Positions 1 to 6,934 of a stretch of 13,971 nucleotides of DNA are shown here, piece after piece. The translations under genes were made by a program, and so were the position numbers. The notes under the pieces are model-generated. The model ran no database searches. It was given only the letters and a program-made list of their open reading frames with translations, and was not told where the DNA came from. Numbering within the stretch: the first letter of the stretch is position 1; every line of letters starts with the position of its first letter. This DNA comes from a virus: the UHGV virus genome UHGV-1842250, one strand, 5' to 3'.

Positions 1-46
1 TTAACAGCTAACTCATAGCAAATCATTCCTATTCAGATACCAACTC

Positions 47-79
47 AACCCTCTGTTTTTGCAGAGGGTTTTTGTTTTT
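47..79 (+). terminator. Rho-independent terminator ending a transcript that enters from the left
   Basis: 9-bp perfect stem AACCCTCTG (47-55) / CAGAGGGTT (62-70), 6-nt loop, then T-tract TTTGTTTTT (71-79). The reverse strand has no U-tract, so it is unidirectional. Confidence 0.6.
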
Positions 80-135
80 ATGTATTCATTTCTATTCACT
101 CTACACCATATTTTTCGGCGGTACAGGTGACGGTA

Positions 136-150
136 TTACCTTAAAGGTAT
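136..150. promoter_or_regulatory. Operator-like site upstream of int (TTACCTTAAAGGTAT), nested in a larger inverted repeat
   Basis: Matches the window-wide TTACC-N5-GGTAA motif at 9 of 10 fixed positions. It contains the 13-bp perfect palindrome TACCTTAAAGGTA and is flanked by TGACGGTAT (129-137) / ATACCGTCA (158-166). It overlaps a candidate -10, TATACT (148-153), about 40 bp before the int start. Confidence 0.4.
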
Positions 151-192
151 ACTCTCATACCGTCATGAAAATGGTTTCTATACGGGTGAATT

Positions 193-1449
193 GTGCTTAC
201 CGATACAAAATTAAAAAACCTCAAGCCGCAGGACAAACTGTACAAGGTCTCCGATCGTGACGGGCTGTATGTAGCTGTGCTTACGTCAGGCACGGTCTCG
301 TTTCGCTATGACTACCGTATCAACGGTCGCCGCGAAACACTGGTAATCGGGCAGTATGGGCGTGACGGTATCAGCCTGGCAGAAGCGCGAGAAGAACTGA
401 TTGCTGCAAAGAAGCTGCTTAAAGCAGGCCAGTCGCCGGCTGCGGCTAAACGTGACGGTATCAAAAAGATTCGTGGTGCCGAGACGTTTGCGGTACATAC
501 CGACAGTTATATGAAACACGTCATCCTGGCTGACAGTACCCGCGCAATGAAGCAGGCGGTGATCGACCGTGACATACTTCCGGTTCTTGGCAACAAAATG
601 ATGGCTGAAATTACCACATCGATGGTTCGTGATTTGTGTGACCGGATTGTCGAACGCGGTGGTCGGGCAACAGCAGTACAGGCCAGGGAGATCATCAGCA
701 GCGTATACCGTCACGCCAATGACCGTGGTCATGGTTTGTTTAATCCTGCGGCTGACATTAAACCTTCGTCTATCGCCATATTTAAACCACGAGAGCGAAC
801 ACTGACACCAGAAGAAATTGGCCTGTTCTTCCGCACGCTGGATGCCATTTGTGCTATGGGCACTATGAAAATGGCTTTAAAGCTGGTGCTTATCACTATG
901 GTTCGTAAAGGCGAATTCACCAATGCAACGTGGGATGAAATAGATTTTAAAAAATGGACATGGACAATTCCTTCAGACCGCATGAAGGGAAGCCGGGCGC
1001 ACGTTATTTACCTGCCTAAACAGGCACAGGATATATTGGTTGGGTTGCAGATGTGCGCTGGTGGAAGTGAATATCTGGTTCCTGGTCGTTACAATTTCCG
1101 GAAGCCATTATCTAATGCCGCGCTGAACTCTCTGATCGACAGAACGGTGAAAATAATAAATGAAGATGGTGAGCATATTCAGGACTTCACCGTACACGAT
1201 ATGCGCCGTACAGCAAGTACGTTGTTGCATGAGGCTGGTTATCCTTCAGACTGGATTGAAAAGGCTCTGGCACATGAGCAGAAAGGTGTGCGCGCCGTAT
1301 ATAACAAAGCGGAATACGCCAGACAGCGCGCCTACATGTTGCAGCAGTGGGCCGATATGATTGATTCCTGGATTAACGGGGAGCATACGGATCTGATTCC
1401 GTTCTCCCCGTCGAAGTTTGAGAGGTGGATGGAAGACAGTAATAAATAA
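193..1449 (+). CDS. int: Tyrosine site-specific integrase, P4/IntS-like family
   Basis: 418-aa ORF with GTG start. The N-terminus (MLTDTKLKNLKP...DGLYVAV...G...RY) is typical of P4-type integrases, and the C-terminus has catalytic-region motifs (HDMRRTASTLLHEAGY ... YNKAEYARQR). Confidence 0.93.
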   Translation: MLTDTKLKNLKPQDKLYKVSDRDGLYVAVLTSGTVSFRYDYRINGRRETLVIGQYGRDGISLAEAREELIAAKKLLKAGQSPAAAKRDGIKKIRGAETFAVHTDSYMKHVILADSTRAMKQAVIDRDILPVLGNKMMAEITTSMVRDLCDRIVERGGRATAVQAREIISSVYRHANDRGHGLFNPAADIKPSSIAIFKPRERTLTPEEIGLFFRTLDAICAMGTMKMALKLVLITMVRKGEFTNATWDEIDFKKWTWTIPSDRMKGSRAHVIYLPKQAQDILVGLQMCAGGSEYLVPGRYNFRKPLSNAALNSLIDRTVKIINEDGEHIQDFTVHDMRRTASTLLHEAGYPSDWIEKALAHEQKGVRAVYNKAEYARQRAYMLQQWADMIDSWINGEHTDLIPFSPSKFERWMEDSNK

Positions 1450-1451
1450 TT

Positions 1452-2111
1452 CTATCCTTCCTGGACTTTGGTAAGCGTCAGATTTCCGCAGAACACTGCG
1501 CCGGTGTCGATGTACATCTGGTTTGCATACACCAGTGGGTGATGTGCTGGCGTATGACCGAAGATGAACAAATCGGCACCGGTTATCTCCGAGACAATAC
1601 CGTCCTGCGCGTCGCTAACCCGCTCACGATTCCATATCACCATTTCTTCTGGTACTTGCTTATCGAATGCGTATTCGTTGTGCGGGTAGTCTGCGTGACA
1701 GATGACGACCTTCTTATTGCCGGTAACCAGTTCGATAATCATCGGGAGGTTGGTAATCTTTGGCAGAAGGTATTTGAGTTGCACATCCTGCTCAGAATCA
1801 AGTTGGTGCCACCATCCACCGCCGTTTGACATCCAATGTCCGAAACTTCCGCCGTTGACCAGTGCATCCAGCATCATCTGCTCATGGTTGCCACGAACAG
1901 CTCGGAACCACGGCATAGTAATCAAATCCAGGCATTCGACGTTTTCAGCGCCGCGGTCAACAAGGTCACCAACGGAAATAAGTAAATCGCGCGCCGGGTC
2001 GAATGAAACTTTGTCGAGTTCGTTCATCAGCAGCGTGTAGCACCCATGCAGATCGCCGACGACGAAGATATTGCACCAGTCAGCGCCATTGATGCGTTGA
2101 TATAGGTTCAT
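1452..2111 (-). CDS. Ser/Thr protein phosphatase, lambda-PPase / PrpA-B family metallophosphoesterase
   Basis: The translation carries the metallophosphatase signature GDLHGCY ... GDLVDRG ... GNHE ... ICHADYP ... GHTP. Start refined to the ATG at 2111 ([12 protein letters not shown]), which overlaps the upstream stop as ATGA; the track's longer N-terminus runs into the upstream gene. Stop TAG at 1452-1454, 2 bp from the int stop. Confidence 0.93.
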   Translation of the reverse strand: MNLYQRINGADWCNIFVVGDLHGCYTLLMNELDKVSFDPARDLLISVGDLVDRGAENVECLDLITMPWFRAVRGNHEQMMLDALVNGGSFGHWMSNGGGWWHQLDSEQDVQLKYLLPKITNLPMIIELVTGNKKVVICHADYPHNEYAFDKQVPEEMVIWNRERVSDAQDGIVSEITGADLFIFGHTPAHHPLVYANQMYIDTGAVFCGNLTLTKVQEG

Positions 2112-2758
2112 GCTGCACGCTCCCGCCCCTGGTTGTCTATTGGTGACACCGGAGCATTGCTGAATGCATTTGTTAATCCGCCAATATCCAACGCGTATCC
2201 AGGGTGTAGTTGCACTGCCGGGTCTTCGCACTGATTACCCCAAACATCGAAGCCATGAGACGTCTGGCGGGCGAACAGTTCAATGCGAGAAACATCGCCT
2301 AACAATTGCACAAGTTTTTCACGAACGACATCTGGTTTTCTTGAATGCTCAAGCCGCGGTGCGGTAAATGACTGAACGATCCCTGCATTAATGCGTGGAG
2401 GTAGTTTTCCCTTTACTGCAAACAGGCAATCTTCACTATTGGCGCGAGTCATGTGTCCCATACCCATAACCAGTTTATCTGGTTGTCGACTACCACATTT
2501 TATCCACGTGAAGCCCTTCATCGTCATCAGACGAAATCCCCAGGCTTCAACAACTTTTAGTGCTTCGAGTGGTTGTGTTGGCACCCACCACATGGCCAAC
2601 AGACAGTTTTCAGCGGTCAAATCCCACACAGGAAGGCGGCAGATATCCAGCACACTCATAACTGGATATTTAAAACCGGCACCGCGATTACCATCTGCGG
2701 CTTTGTCCCGGTATACCCAGGGTGGATCTGCATAGATTAGTGTGTATTTCTTAGTCAT
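2108..2758 (-). CDS. MT-A70-family DNA N6-adenine methyltransferase
   Basis: N-terminus [16 protein letters not shown] contains the DPPW catalytic motif of MT-A70 / phage Dam-like methyltransferases. Start ATG at 2758 is preceded by a G-rich SD (GGGGTGG); the stop TGA overlaps the phosphatase ATG as ATGA. Confidence 0.88.
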   Translation of the reverse strand: MTKKYTLIYADPPWVYRDKAADGNRGAGFKYPVMSVLDICRLPVWDLTAENCLLAMWWVPTQPLEALKVVEAWGFRLMTMKGFTWIKCGSRQPDKLVMGMGHMTRANSEDCLFAVKGKLPPRINAGIVQSFTAPRLEHSRKPDVVREKLVQLLGDVSRIELFARQTSHGFDVWGNQCEDPAVQLHPGYALDIGGLTNAFSNAPVSPIDNQGRERAA

Positions 2759-3050
2759 AAACCACCCCACAACATCCTATGCCGCTATAGTCGCCACGGC
2801 GAAGGCCGTTACCTTTTGTGATACATTGGTCCCTGCGAACCGCGATCCTTGCACGTTCAACATCACCAGAAGCAACATCCATACACTGAAGCCAAAGGTG
2901 AGCGGCAATGCGGAATTGCCCTTTTTTCTCTCTTTCAATCGCGCGTTTTTCGATCTCTATCGCCGCAGGAGTAACGGCGACAATCTTTGAAGGGCTGCGC
3001 ATTGAAACCTTGTTCATGTGATATTTTTCAAGTCGGCTTAACTTTCTCAC
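2751..3050 (-). CDS. Hypothetical protein, function unknown
   Basis: Only sizeable ORF filling the 400-bp gap between the excisionase and methyltransferase genes on the operon strand. GTG at 3050 is preceded by GAGGG; alternative ATG starts at 3017 and 3002. Its 3' end overlaps the methyltransferase start by 8 nt. I recognise no family. Confidence 0.45.
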   Translation of the reverse strand: MRKLSRLEKYHMNKVSMRSPSKIVAVTPAAIEIEKRAIEREKKGQFRIAAHLWLQCMDVASGDVERARIAVRRDQCITKGNGLRRGDYSGIGCCGVVYD

Positions 3051-3159
3051 TTAATCCAACCCTCTCTGAAAATTAATGCCAGCAGATAAAGCCATGCTGA
3101 AACAGAGGCCAGGAATAAGTACCATCCTGACCATTTGCTCCAGTGCCTTAGCAGCGCAC

Positions 3160-3408
3160 TCATGCAGCGTTGCTCACAGGACGATATACACGTTGCTGAA
3201 CAGGAGGCTTTTTACCCTGGAACTCTGCCGGGCTTGCAGCCTGACGTTCATCAAGCCAACGCTCAACTTCGTCACGGTTCCATGCGCAGCGTTTGTCAGT
3301 GATATACCAGCGTTTAGGAAATTCCCCTGCGCGCTCCATACGGTCGATAGTGCTCCATGACAGTGGCACCACCGCCAGGAGTTCCTTCTTACCTAATGCA
3401 CCTTTCAT
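3160..3408 (-). CDS. AlpA/Vis-type excisionase or transcriptional regulator (small HTH protein)
   Basis: 82 aa with an AlpA-like motif (LLAVVPLSWSTIDRMERAGEFPKRWYITDKRCAWNRDEVERWL). SD GAGAGG sits 6 nt before the ATG at 3408. This type commonly partners P4-family integrases. Confidence 0.82.
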   Translation of the reverse strand: MKGALGKKELLAVVPLSWSTIDRMERAGEFPKRWYITDKRCAWNRDEVERWLDERQAASPAEFQGKKPPVQQRVYRPVSNAA

Positions 3409-3430
3409 AAATACCTCTCTTGGTTGCAGT

Positions 3431-3451
3431 GCGGCGCGCGTGGCGCCGCGG
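3431..3451 (-). other. GC-rich hairpin between the bet and excisionase genes, no U-tract
   Basis: GCGGCGC (3431-3437) pairs with GCGCCGC (3443-3449) around a 5-nt loop. No T-run follows on either strand, so it is not a canonical intrinsic terminator. Confidence 0.3.
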
Positions 3452-3457
3452 TGGTGG

Positions 3458-4399
3458 TTACATAGATGTTTCGTTTAATTCTTCTCGACGAACGCTGTAA
3501 ACGTCGGTGGCTTTTGCCAGCAGTTCGTCATCATCTGAAAGTTTTTGTGCAATGTATTTGTAAGCCTTATCCAGTTCGGAGACAGTGCTGTAATTCATCG
3601 CTGCGCTGGTAAAGGCCATCAGCATTTCTTCTGGATCACGGCTATCCGATTTACGCGTTTGCTCATCAGGCTTTTTCGCTGGTTTAGCGTTGATCAGACT
3701 GTTCATTCCCGCAGCAGTGGTCGTTTGCGGAGTAATGTCTCGCTCAACGCGCGGTGCCGTTTCCTGTAATTCGTCTGGGGTGTAGACGCCCATGATTACG
3801 TCAGGACAGTGCAGGCGAGACCAGCGTTTTGTCGCAAGGTATGCGAGTTGTTGTTTCGGATCACTGGCCCAAAGTGTGGAGTTTCTTACCTGTGCTTGAG
3901 ACAGCATTAACTCAAGCACTCGAGGTTGATCCTCGCCCTTCATGGTTGCCCATACGCGAACACCGCAGCCTTCTTCGTCTTTTAGAGTCCAGCCTGGTGC
4001 GATATATGGATTGCCGTTTTTGGATGTTTTCTCAACAAACTTACCGATCACGCGTTCCCACGGCCCAAACCACTCGTAGTTGATGCGATCTTTTGTTGGC
4101 GACATCGTTGAGATAACTGCGTTTACTAATTGGGCTTCATAACCTAGCGTGCCGTTCACAACATGGGTTTTCTGAGCCACGGCAAACGGGTTCATTCCCC
4201 ACTGCGCAGCCTGCATTGCCACGGCCATGCAATCAGCTGGTTTCCCGGCGAGGTGCGCCGGTACCGTTACGCGGCTTTGCGCCATTACCTCGGCGAATTT
4301 CATCAGTTGGTTCAAGCCGTCTGGGCTGAAAATAGTTGCAGCAGTTCCAGCGATTGCTGTGTCTACTGGTGCGTTGATGTTTGCGATGTCGTTGCTCAT
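3458..4399 (-). CDS. bet: Single-strand annealing protein, RecT/Red-beta (Bet) family
   Basis: 313 aa. The segment ETAPRVERDITPQ resembles the lambda Bet region ERQPERDITPV, and the gene sits directly downstream of an exonuclease gene as in the lambda exo-bet pair. Start ATG at 4399 has AGGA upstream and overlaps the exonuclease stop (ATGA). Confidence 0.85.
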   Translation of the reverse strand: MSNDIANINAPVDTAIAGTAATIFSPDGLNQLMKFAEVMAQSRVTVPAHLAGKPADCMAVAMQAAQWGMNPFAVAQKTHVVNGTLGYEAQLVNAVISTMSPTKDRINYEWFGPWERVIGKFVEKTSKNGNPYIAPGWTLKDEEGCGVRVWATMKGEDQPRVLELMLSQAQVRNSTLWASDPKQQLAYLATKRWSRLHCPDVIMGVYTPDELQETAPRVERDITPQTTTAAGMNSLINAKPAKKPDEQTRKSDSRDPEEMLMAFTSAAMNYSTVSELDKAYKYIAQKLSDDDELLAKATDVYSVRREELNETSM

Positions 4400-4926
4400 A
4401 TGTACATATCCTGTTTGCGTGCCCACTCAGGGCGTTTAATGATTTCCACACCGCCCCATTCATCATTGATGCGGCATTCGTGATAGGTATTCAGATCCCG
4501 GCGGAACAGAGCGTGCCCGGCATCGACATCCTGCGCATCCAGCTCGAACACGCGTACCGGATACCGACCACAATCAATGCTTTCGCTCACGGCAAGAAAG
4601 AAAAAACCATGCGGCTGACCAGTAACCCTCATTGCGCCTTCGCGGTACATTGCGTCCTGCACGTGGTAGCGGAATTCCTCGATGTGGCGTGCAAAACGGT
4701 CCATATCTGCAACCTTTTTCACGTCGACGATCACGTTGTGCTCGTTCAGCCATTTGTCTGGACGAATTCGGCACAACTCACCCGTCTCTTCATCGTTCCA
4801 GTACATTGATGCTTCGCAGTAACCAGGTGCTTCCAACATCCAGCGTGCCGCCGGATGAGCCATTGCGCTATCACGCATAAGCTCCAGTTTCCGCCACTGC
4901 TCGGCATCAAGTACCGTAATCACCAT
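4396..4926 (-). CDS. PD-(D/E)xK exonuclease, C-terminal part (gene interrupted by a frameshift)
   Basis: Contains the nuclease core motifs RIRPD ... VIVDVKKV. This reading frame is open from 5130 to 4396, but its first ~55 codons overlap the N-terminal fragment's frame and look non-coding; 4926 is the first internal ATG. The partner fragment is 4937..5212. Confidence 0.7.
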   Translation of the reverse strand: MVITVLDAEQWRKLELMRDSAMAHPAARWMLEAPGYCEASMYWNDEETGELCRIRPDKWLNEHNVIVDVKKVADMDRFARHIEEFRYHVQDAMYREGAMRVTGQPHGFFFLAVSESIDCGRYPVRVFELDAQDVDAGHALFRRDLNTYHECRINDEWGGVEIIKRPEWARKQDMYI

Positions 4927-4936
4927 ATCCGCCACA

Positions 4937-5212
4937 TCACGAAGCCTCTTCGTCAGCTTTACCTTGTTTCGTCCGACGATCGAATTTCGGTGAAACAATG
5001 AAGCGTTTGTCGAACTCTCCAGGCTCCAGAAGCAGACAGTGCAATGCGGTTCCCATATCCAGTGCAGACTTTTTCTCTTCGTCTTCTGGTGCTGCCTGAA
5101 CCCATTTAAGAAGCGCCGGATTCTTGGCAACCATGTCCAGTTGCGACTTACTCACGCCGTCACCGGCGTGGTAGTCTTCGTTGCTGATGTCGAAATAAAT
5201 TCCCGGTTTCAT
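4937..5212 (-). CDS. PD-(D/E)xK exonuclease, N-terminal part (ends at a premature stop after a probable frameshift)
   Basis: 91 aa beginning MKPGIYFDISNEDYHAGDGVSKSQL ... GTALHCLLLEPGEFDKRF, which looks like the N-terminal region of phage Cas4/RecB-like exonucleases. Good SD (GAGGGA) before the ATG at 5212. The frame stops at 4937 while a second frame continues the nuclease domain. Confidence 0.7.
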   Translation of the reverse strand: MKPGIYFDISNEDYHAGDGVSKSQLDMVAKNPALLKWVQAAPEDEEKKSALDMGTALHCLLLEPGEFDKRFIVSPKFDRRTKQGKADEEAS

Positions 5213-5508
5213 GCCGCGTCCCTCTGTCCATCAAGCTGATCCGCCAGATCCCAGCGGGCGATAATTGCCATTGCCTCGCGCCGGTAGGCATCCATAAGTT
5301 CTTCGAACTCAGGGCTGTCTTTAGCTGCCTCCAGCACTTCCTGGCGAACTCCTTTGCCTGTTACAGCGTCAAAAGTTGAGGCCAGTTGATGAAGCCGGAT
5401 GCTCTCGATCAGTTCAACTTGTCGGTCATATAACTGTTCTGACAGGCGGTAGTCCTTGTCGAATGCCAGCATGATTTTTTGAAGATTTTTCTGCTGATTA
5501 ACGTTCAT
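5209..5508 (-). CDS. Hypothetical early protein, function unknown
   Basis: 99 aa from the ATG at 5508 (MNVNQQKNLQK...), which has a strong SD (GGAGG, 8-nt spacing). The stop overlaps the exonuclease ATG (ATGA). It sits where lambda carries N, but is not arginine-rich, so not N-like. Confidence 0.6.
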   Translation of the reverse strand: MNVNQQKNLQKIMLAFDKDYRLSEQLYDRQVELIESIRLHQLASTFDAVTGKGVRQEVLEAAKDSPEFEELMDAYRREAMAIIARWDLADQLDGQRDAA

Positions 5509-5510
5509 TA

Positions 5511-5663
5511 TCAGCCCTCCCATATCTCGTTATCGTTGGCTACATCGCGAGCTTCTTTGCTGACGAAAGCCCACTTAATGCCTTCCTGTAAGGTGCGGAA
5601 CTTCCAGCTCATGAATCCGCATGCAGTAACGCAGTACCAACCGTTGATGATTTTCCACTGCAT
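5511..5663 (-). CDS. 50-aa micro-ORF, first gene of the leftward operon, possibly cIII-like
   Basis: Translated by hand as MQWKIINGWYCVTACGFMSWKFRTLQEGIKWAFVSKEARDVANDNEIWEG. It lies about 27 nt downstream of the predicted leftward promoter, has GAGG upstream, and stops 2 nt before the next start. Loose resemblance to lambda CIII (MQYAIAGW..AGC ... RKLRDGWKRLI). Too short for the ORF track. Confidence 0.35.
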   Translation of the reverse strand: MQWKIINGWYCVTACGFMSWKFRTLQEGIKWAFVSKEARDVANDNEIWEG

Positions 5664-5682
5664 AACTTGTTACCTCGGTCTG

Positions 5683-5697
5683 TTACCGTTGAGGTAA
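5683..5697. promoter_or_regulatory. Operator site, perfect palindrome TTACCGTTGAGGTAA, promoter-proximal in the leftward (PL-like) promoter
   Basis: Exact TTACC-N5-GGTAA. It abuts the candidate -10 of the leftward promoter, and an extra TTACC half-site sits at 5670-5674. Confidence 0.6.
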
Positions 5698-5725
5698 TAA
5701 TTATGCGTATATGGTTTGGTGTCAA
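5697..5725 (-). promoter_or_regulatory. Candidate leftward early promoter (PL analogue)
   Basis: On the minus strand: perfect -35 TTGACA (5725..5720), 17-bp spacer, -10 AATTAT (5702..5697). Flanked by operator sites at 5745-5759 and 5683-5697, the same layout as the promoter at 8778-8806. Confidence 0.5.
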
Positions 5726-5744
5726 TAGATATGAGTTAAAAAAA

Positions 5745-5759
5745 TTACCCGTTAGGTAA
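5745..5759. promoter_or_regulatory. Operator site, perfect palindrome TTACCCGTTAGGTAA, promoter-distal in the leftward promoter
   Basis: Exact TTACC-N5-GGTAA, centred 62 bp from the site at 5683-5697. Confidence 0.6.
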
Positions 5760-5772
5760 TCGAATAGGCAAT

Positions 5773-5795
5773 AAAAAAGCCGCCATAAGGCGGCT
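5773..5795 (-). terminator. Rho-independent terminator after the repressor gene
   Basis: On the minus strand, stem GCCGCC / GGCGGC with 4-nt loop followed by a U-tract (plus strand AAAAAAGCCGCCATAAGGCGGCT), about 20 bp after the repressor stop codon. Confidence 0.65.
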
Positions 5796-5816
5796 TACTT
5801 ACTGAAAAATATGATT

Positions 5817-6401
5817 TTATTGTTTGTTTTTTTCGTTCTGGTTGATGACAAATTCAATGTAACTTTCGATCTTTGCCTTCTCTGTTTCAGGTAACAATGC
5901 GTAGCGCGAGCGGTCATAGTTGATAGTTGCAGGGTCATGCGGATGAATCAGTAGTTCATATCCGTGACGCCCGAATGCAGATGCAACATTCTCCAGGGTG
6001 GAAATGGAAACGCTGACCTCATTGTTTAACAGGCGGCTTATTGTCACCTGGGCGACGCCGGATGCGCGGTGAAGTTTTCCCTGAGTTGAAAGGTCGCGGC
6101 TTTCACTCATCCAGCGTTCCAGGTTGTGAGCTGCCAGCTGACCAATGTCGCTTGGGCCGACAGGCTGAAAACCTTCCTGAGAAAGCGAGCGATCGATATC
6201 AAGCCAGTTACGGGGTTTATTGGCGGCAGCTTCAATTTTTCGCGCAACCTGGTCGCCGATAACTTTCTTGCCAAGAGCCCAGCGGTTTACCAGATTTGCC
6301 TGAGTTCCAAGTTTTTCTGCCATCCGCGTCTGAACACCATTGAATTCACGGTCGATCAAGTCGTTGAGATTTTGCCTGCGGACGTCCTGGATACTTTTCA
6401 T
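5817..6401 (-). CDS. Phage repressor (cI analogue) with two HTH domains and no recognisable LexA/S24 autocleavage domain
   Basis: 194 aa, divergent from the Cro-like gene across an operator-rich spacer. HTH-like segments QTRMAEKLGTQANLVNRW and ASGVAQVTISRLLNNEVSVSISTLENVA. No S24 peptidase serine-lysine dyad or Ala-Gly cleavage context seen. No SD before the ATG, so the transcript may be leaderless. Confidence 0.8.
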   Translation of the reverse strand: MKSIQDVRRQNLNDLIDREFNGVQTRMAEKLGTQANLVNRWALGKKVIGDQVARKIEAAANKPRNWLDIDRSLSQEGFQPVGPSDIGQLAAHNLERWMSESRDLSTQGKLHRASGVAQVTISRLLNNEVSVSISTLENVASAFGRHGYELLIHPHDPATINYDRSRYALLPETEKAKIESYIEFVINQNEKNKQ

Positions 6402-6456
6402 TTTCTGGAAAATCGCCTCATATATGAATCAGTAGATGATTCAATTTAAAGCAATA

Positions 6457-6519
6457 TTACCCAACAGGTAAATGCACCTCATAGGTAACTATCCTTGATT
6501 TTTGTTACCTTATGGGTGA
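6457..6519. promoter_or_regulatory. Immunity-region operator cluster of three sites between the repressor and cro-like genes, with divergent promoters
   Basis: Sites at 6457-6471 (TTACCCAACAGGTAA, perfect), 6474-6488 (GCACCTCATAGGTAA) and 6505-6519 (TTACCTTATGGGTGA). Candidate rightward promoter: -35 TTGATT (6494-6499) or TTGTTA (6502-6507), -10 TATTAT (6525-6530), overlapping the third site. Confidence 0.6.
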
Positions 6520-6555
6520 ATATTTATTATCTGAAATAAATATCAGGCAATAGCT

Positions 6556-6786
6556 ATGAGCGATAACGGACATTTCGATTTCAAAAAGCACTGGCTTGCA
6601 CTTACTCCGGATGAGCGTGAAGCCTTCGCACAGGAAGCCGGAACGACGAGTCACTATATCCAGACTCACTTAACAGGTAAGCGCAAAATGCCAGGTAAAG
6701 TATTGATGAATGGGCTTTTTAAAGCCTGTAAAACAAGACAATGGCTGCGCTCAAAAGCAGAACTGGCATACTTCTTCTACTCATGA
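6556..6786 (+). CDS. Cro/CII-like small HTH regulator, first rightward gene
   Basis: 76 aa at the cro position of the divergent immunity cassette, with an HTH-like segment EAFAQEAGTTSHYIQTHLTGKRK. Followed immediately by an intrinsic terminator. Confidence 0.75.
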   Translation: MSDNGHFDFKKHWLALTPDEREAFAQEAGTTSHYIQTHLTGKRKMPGKVLMNGLFKACKTRQWLRSKAELAYFFYS

Positions 6787-6807
6787 TATCCAGCTACAAC
6801 CCTCTGT

Positions 6808-6830
6808 AGACCGCCACCCGGCGGTCTTTT
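6808..6830 (+). terminator. Rho-independent terminator after the cro-like gene (tR1-like position)
   Basis: Stem AGACCGCC (6808-6815) / GGCGGTCT (6820-6827), loop ACCC, T-tract at 6827-6830. Confidence 0.6.
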
Positions 6831-6841
6831 CATATCTATTC

Positions 6842-6856
6842 GTACCTCAAAGGTAA
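6842..6856. promoter_or_regulatory. Operator-like site GTACCTCAAAGGTAA between the terminator and the replication genes
   Basis: 9 of 10 match to TTACC-N5-GGTAA, with the ACCTCA core shared with the sites at 5683, 6474 and 8806. An AT-rich stretch with weak promoter-like hexamers follows (6870-6920). Confidence 0.4.
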
Positions 6857-6934
6857 TAAAAAACCAAATATGGTTGATCAAATTTTCCAATTGTGCAAAA
6901 TAGCCAATATCAATAACAAAAAGGGGCGGAAAAA

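Noticed and set aside
1-192. tRNA gene fragment or attachment core at the left edge
   Set aside because: No tRNA-like acceptor or T-arm sequence recognised in 1-190. The prophage boundary cannot be defined without the empty host site, so no att call was made.
72-260. 62-aa plus-strand ORF spanning the terminator and the int promoter region
   Set aside because: It overlaps the terminator hairpin and the operator-like site, runs into the int start in another frame, and has no SD.
286-732. 148-aa ORF on the minus strand inside the integrase gene
   Set aside because: It is fully antisense to a well-supported integrase ORF, has no ribosome-binding site, and its Cys/Thr-rich composition is typical of antisense translation.
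2112-2231. Track's N-terminal extension of the phosphatase ORF back to 2231
   Set aside because: The extension lies within the methyltransferase coding region in another frame. The ATG at 2111 gives an N-terminus matching the lambda-PPase family and overlaps the upstream stop as ATGA.
5524-6555. LexA (SOS) box CTGT-N8-ACAG in the early promoter regions
   Set aside because: Searched by eye in both early intergenic regions and upstream of int; no acceptable match found. A computational scan is still needed.
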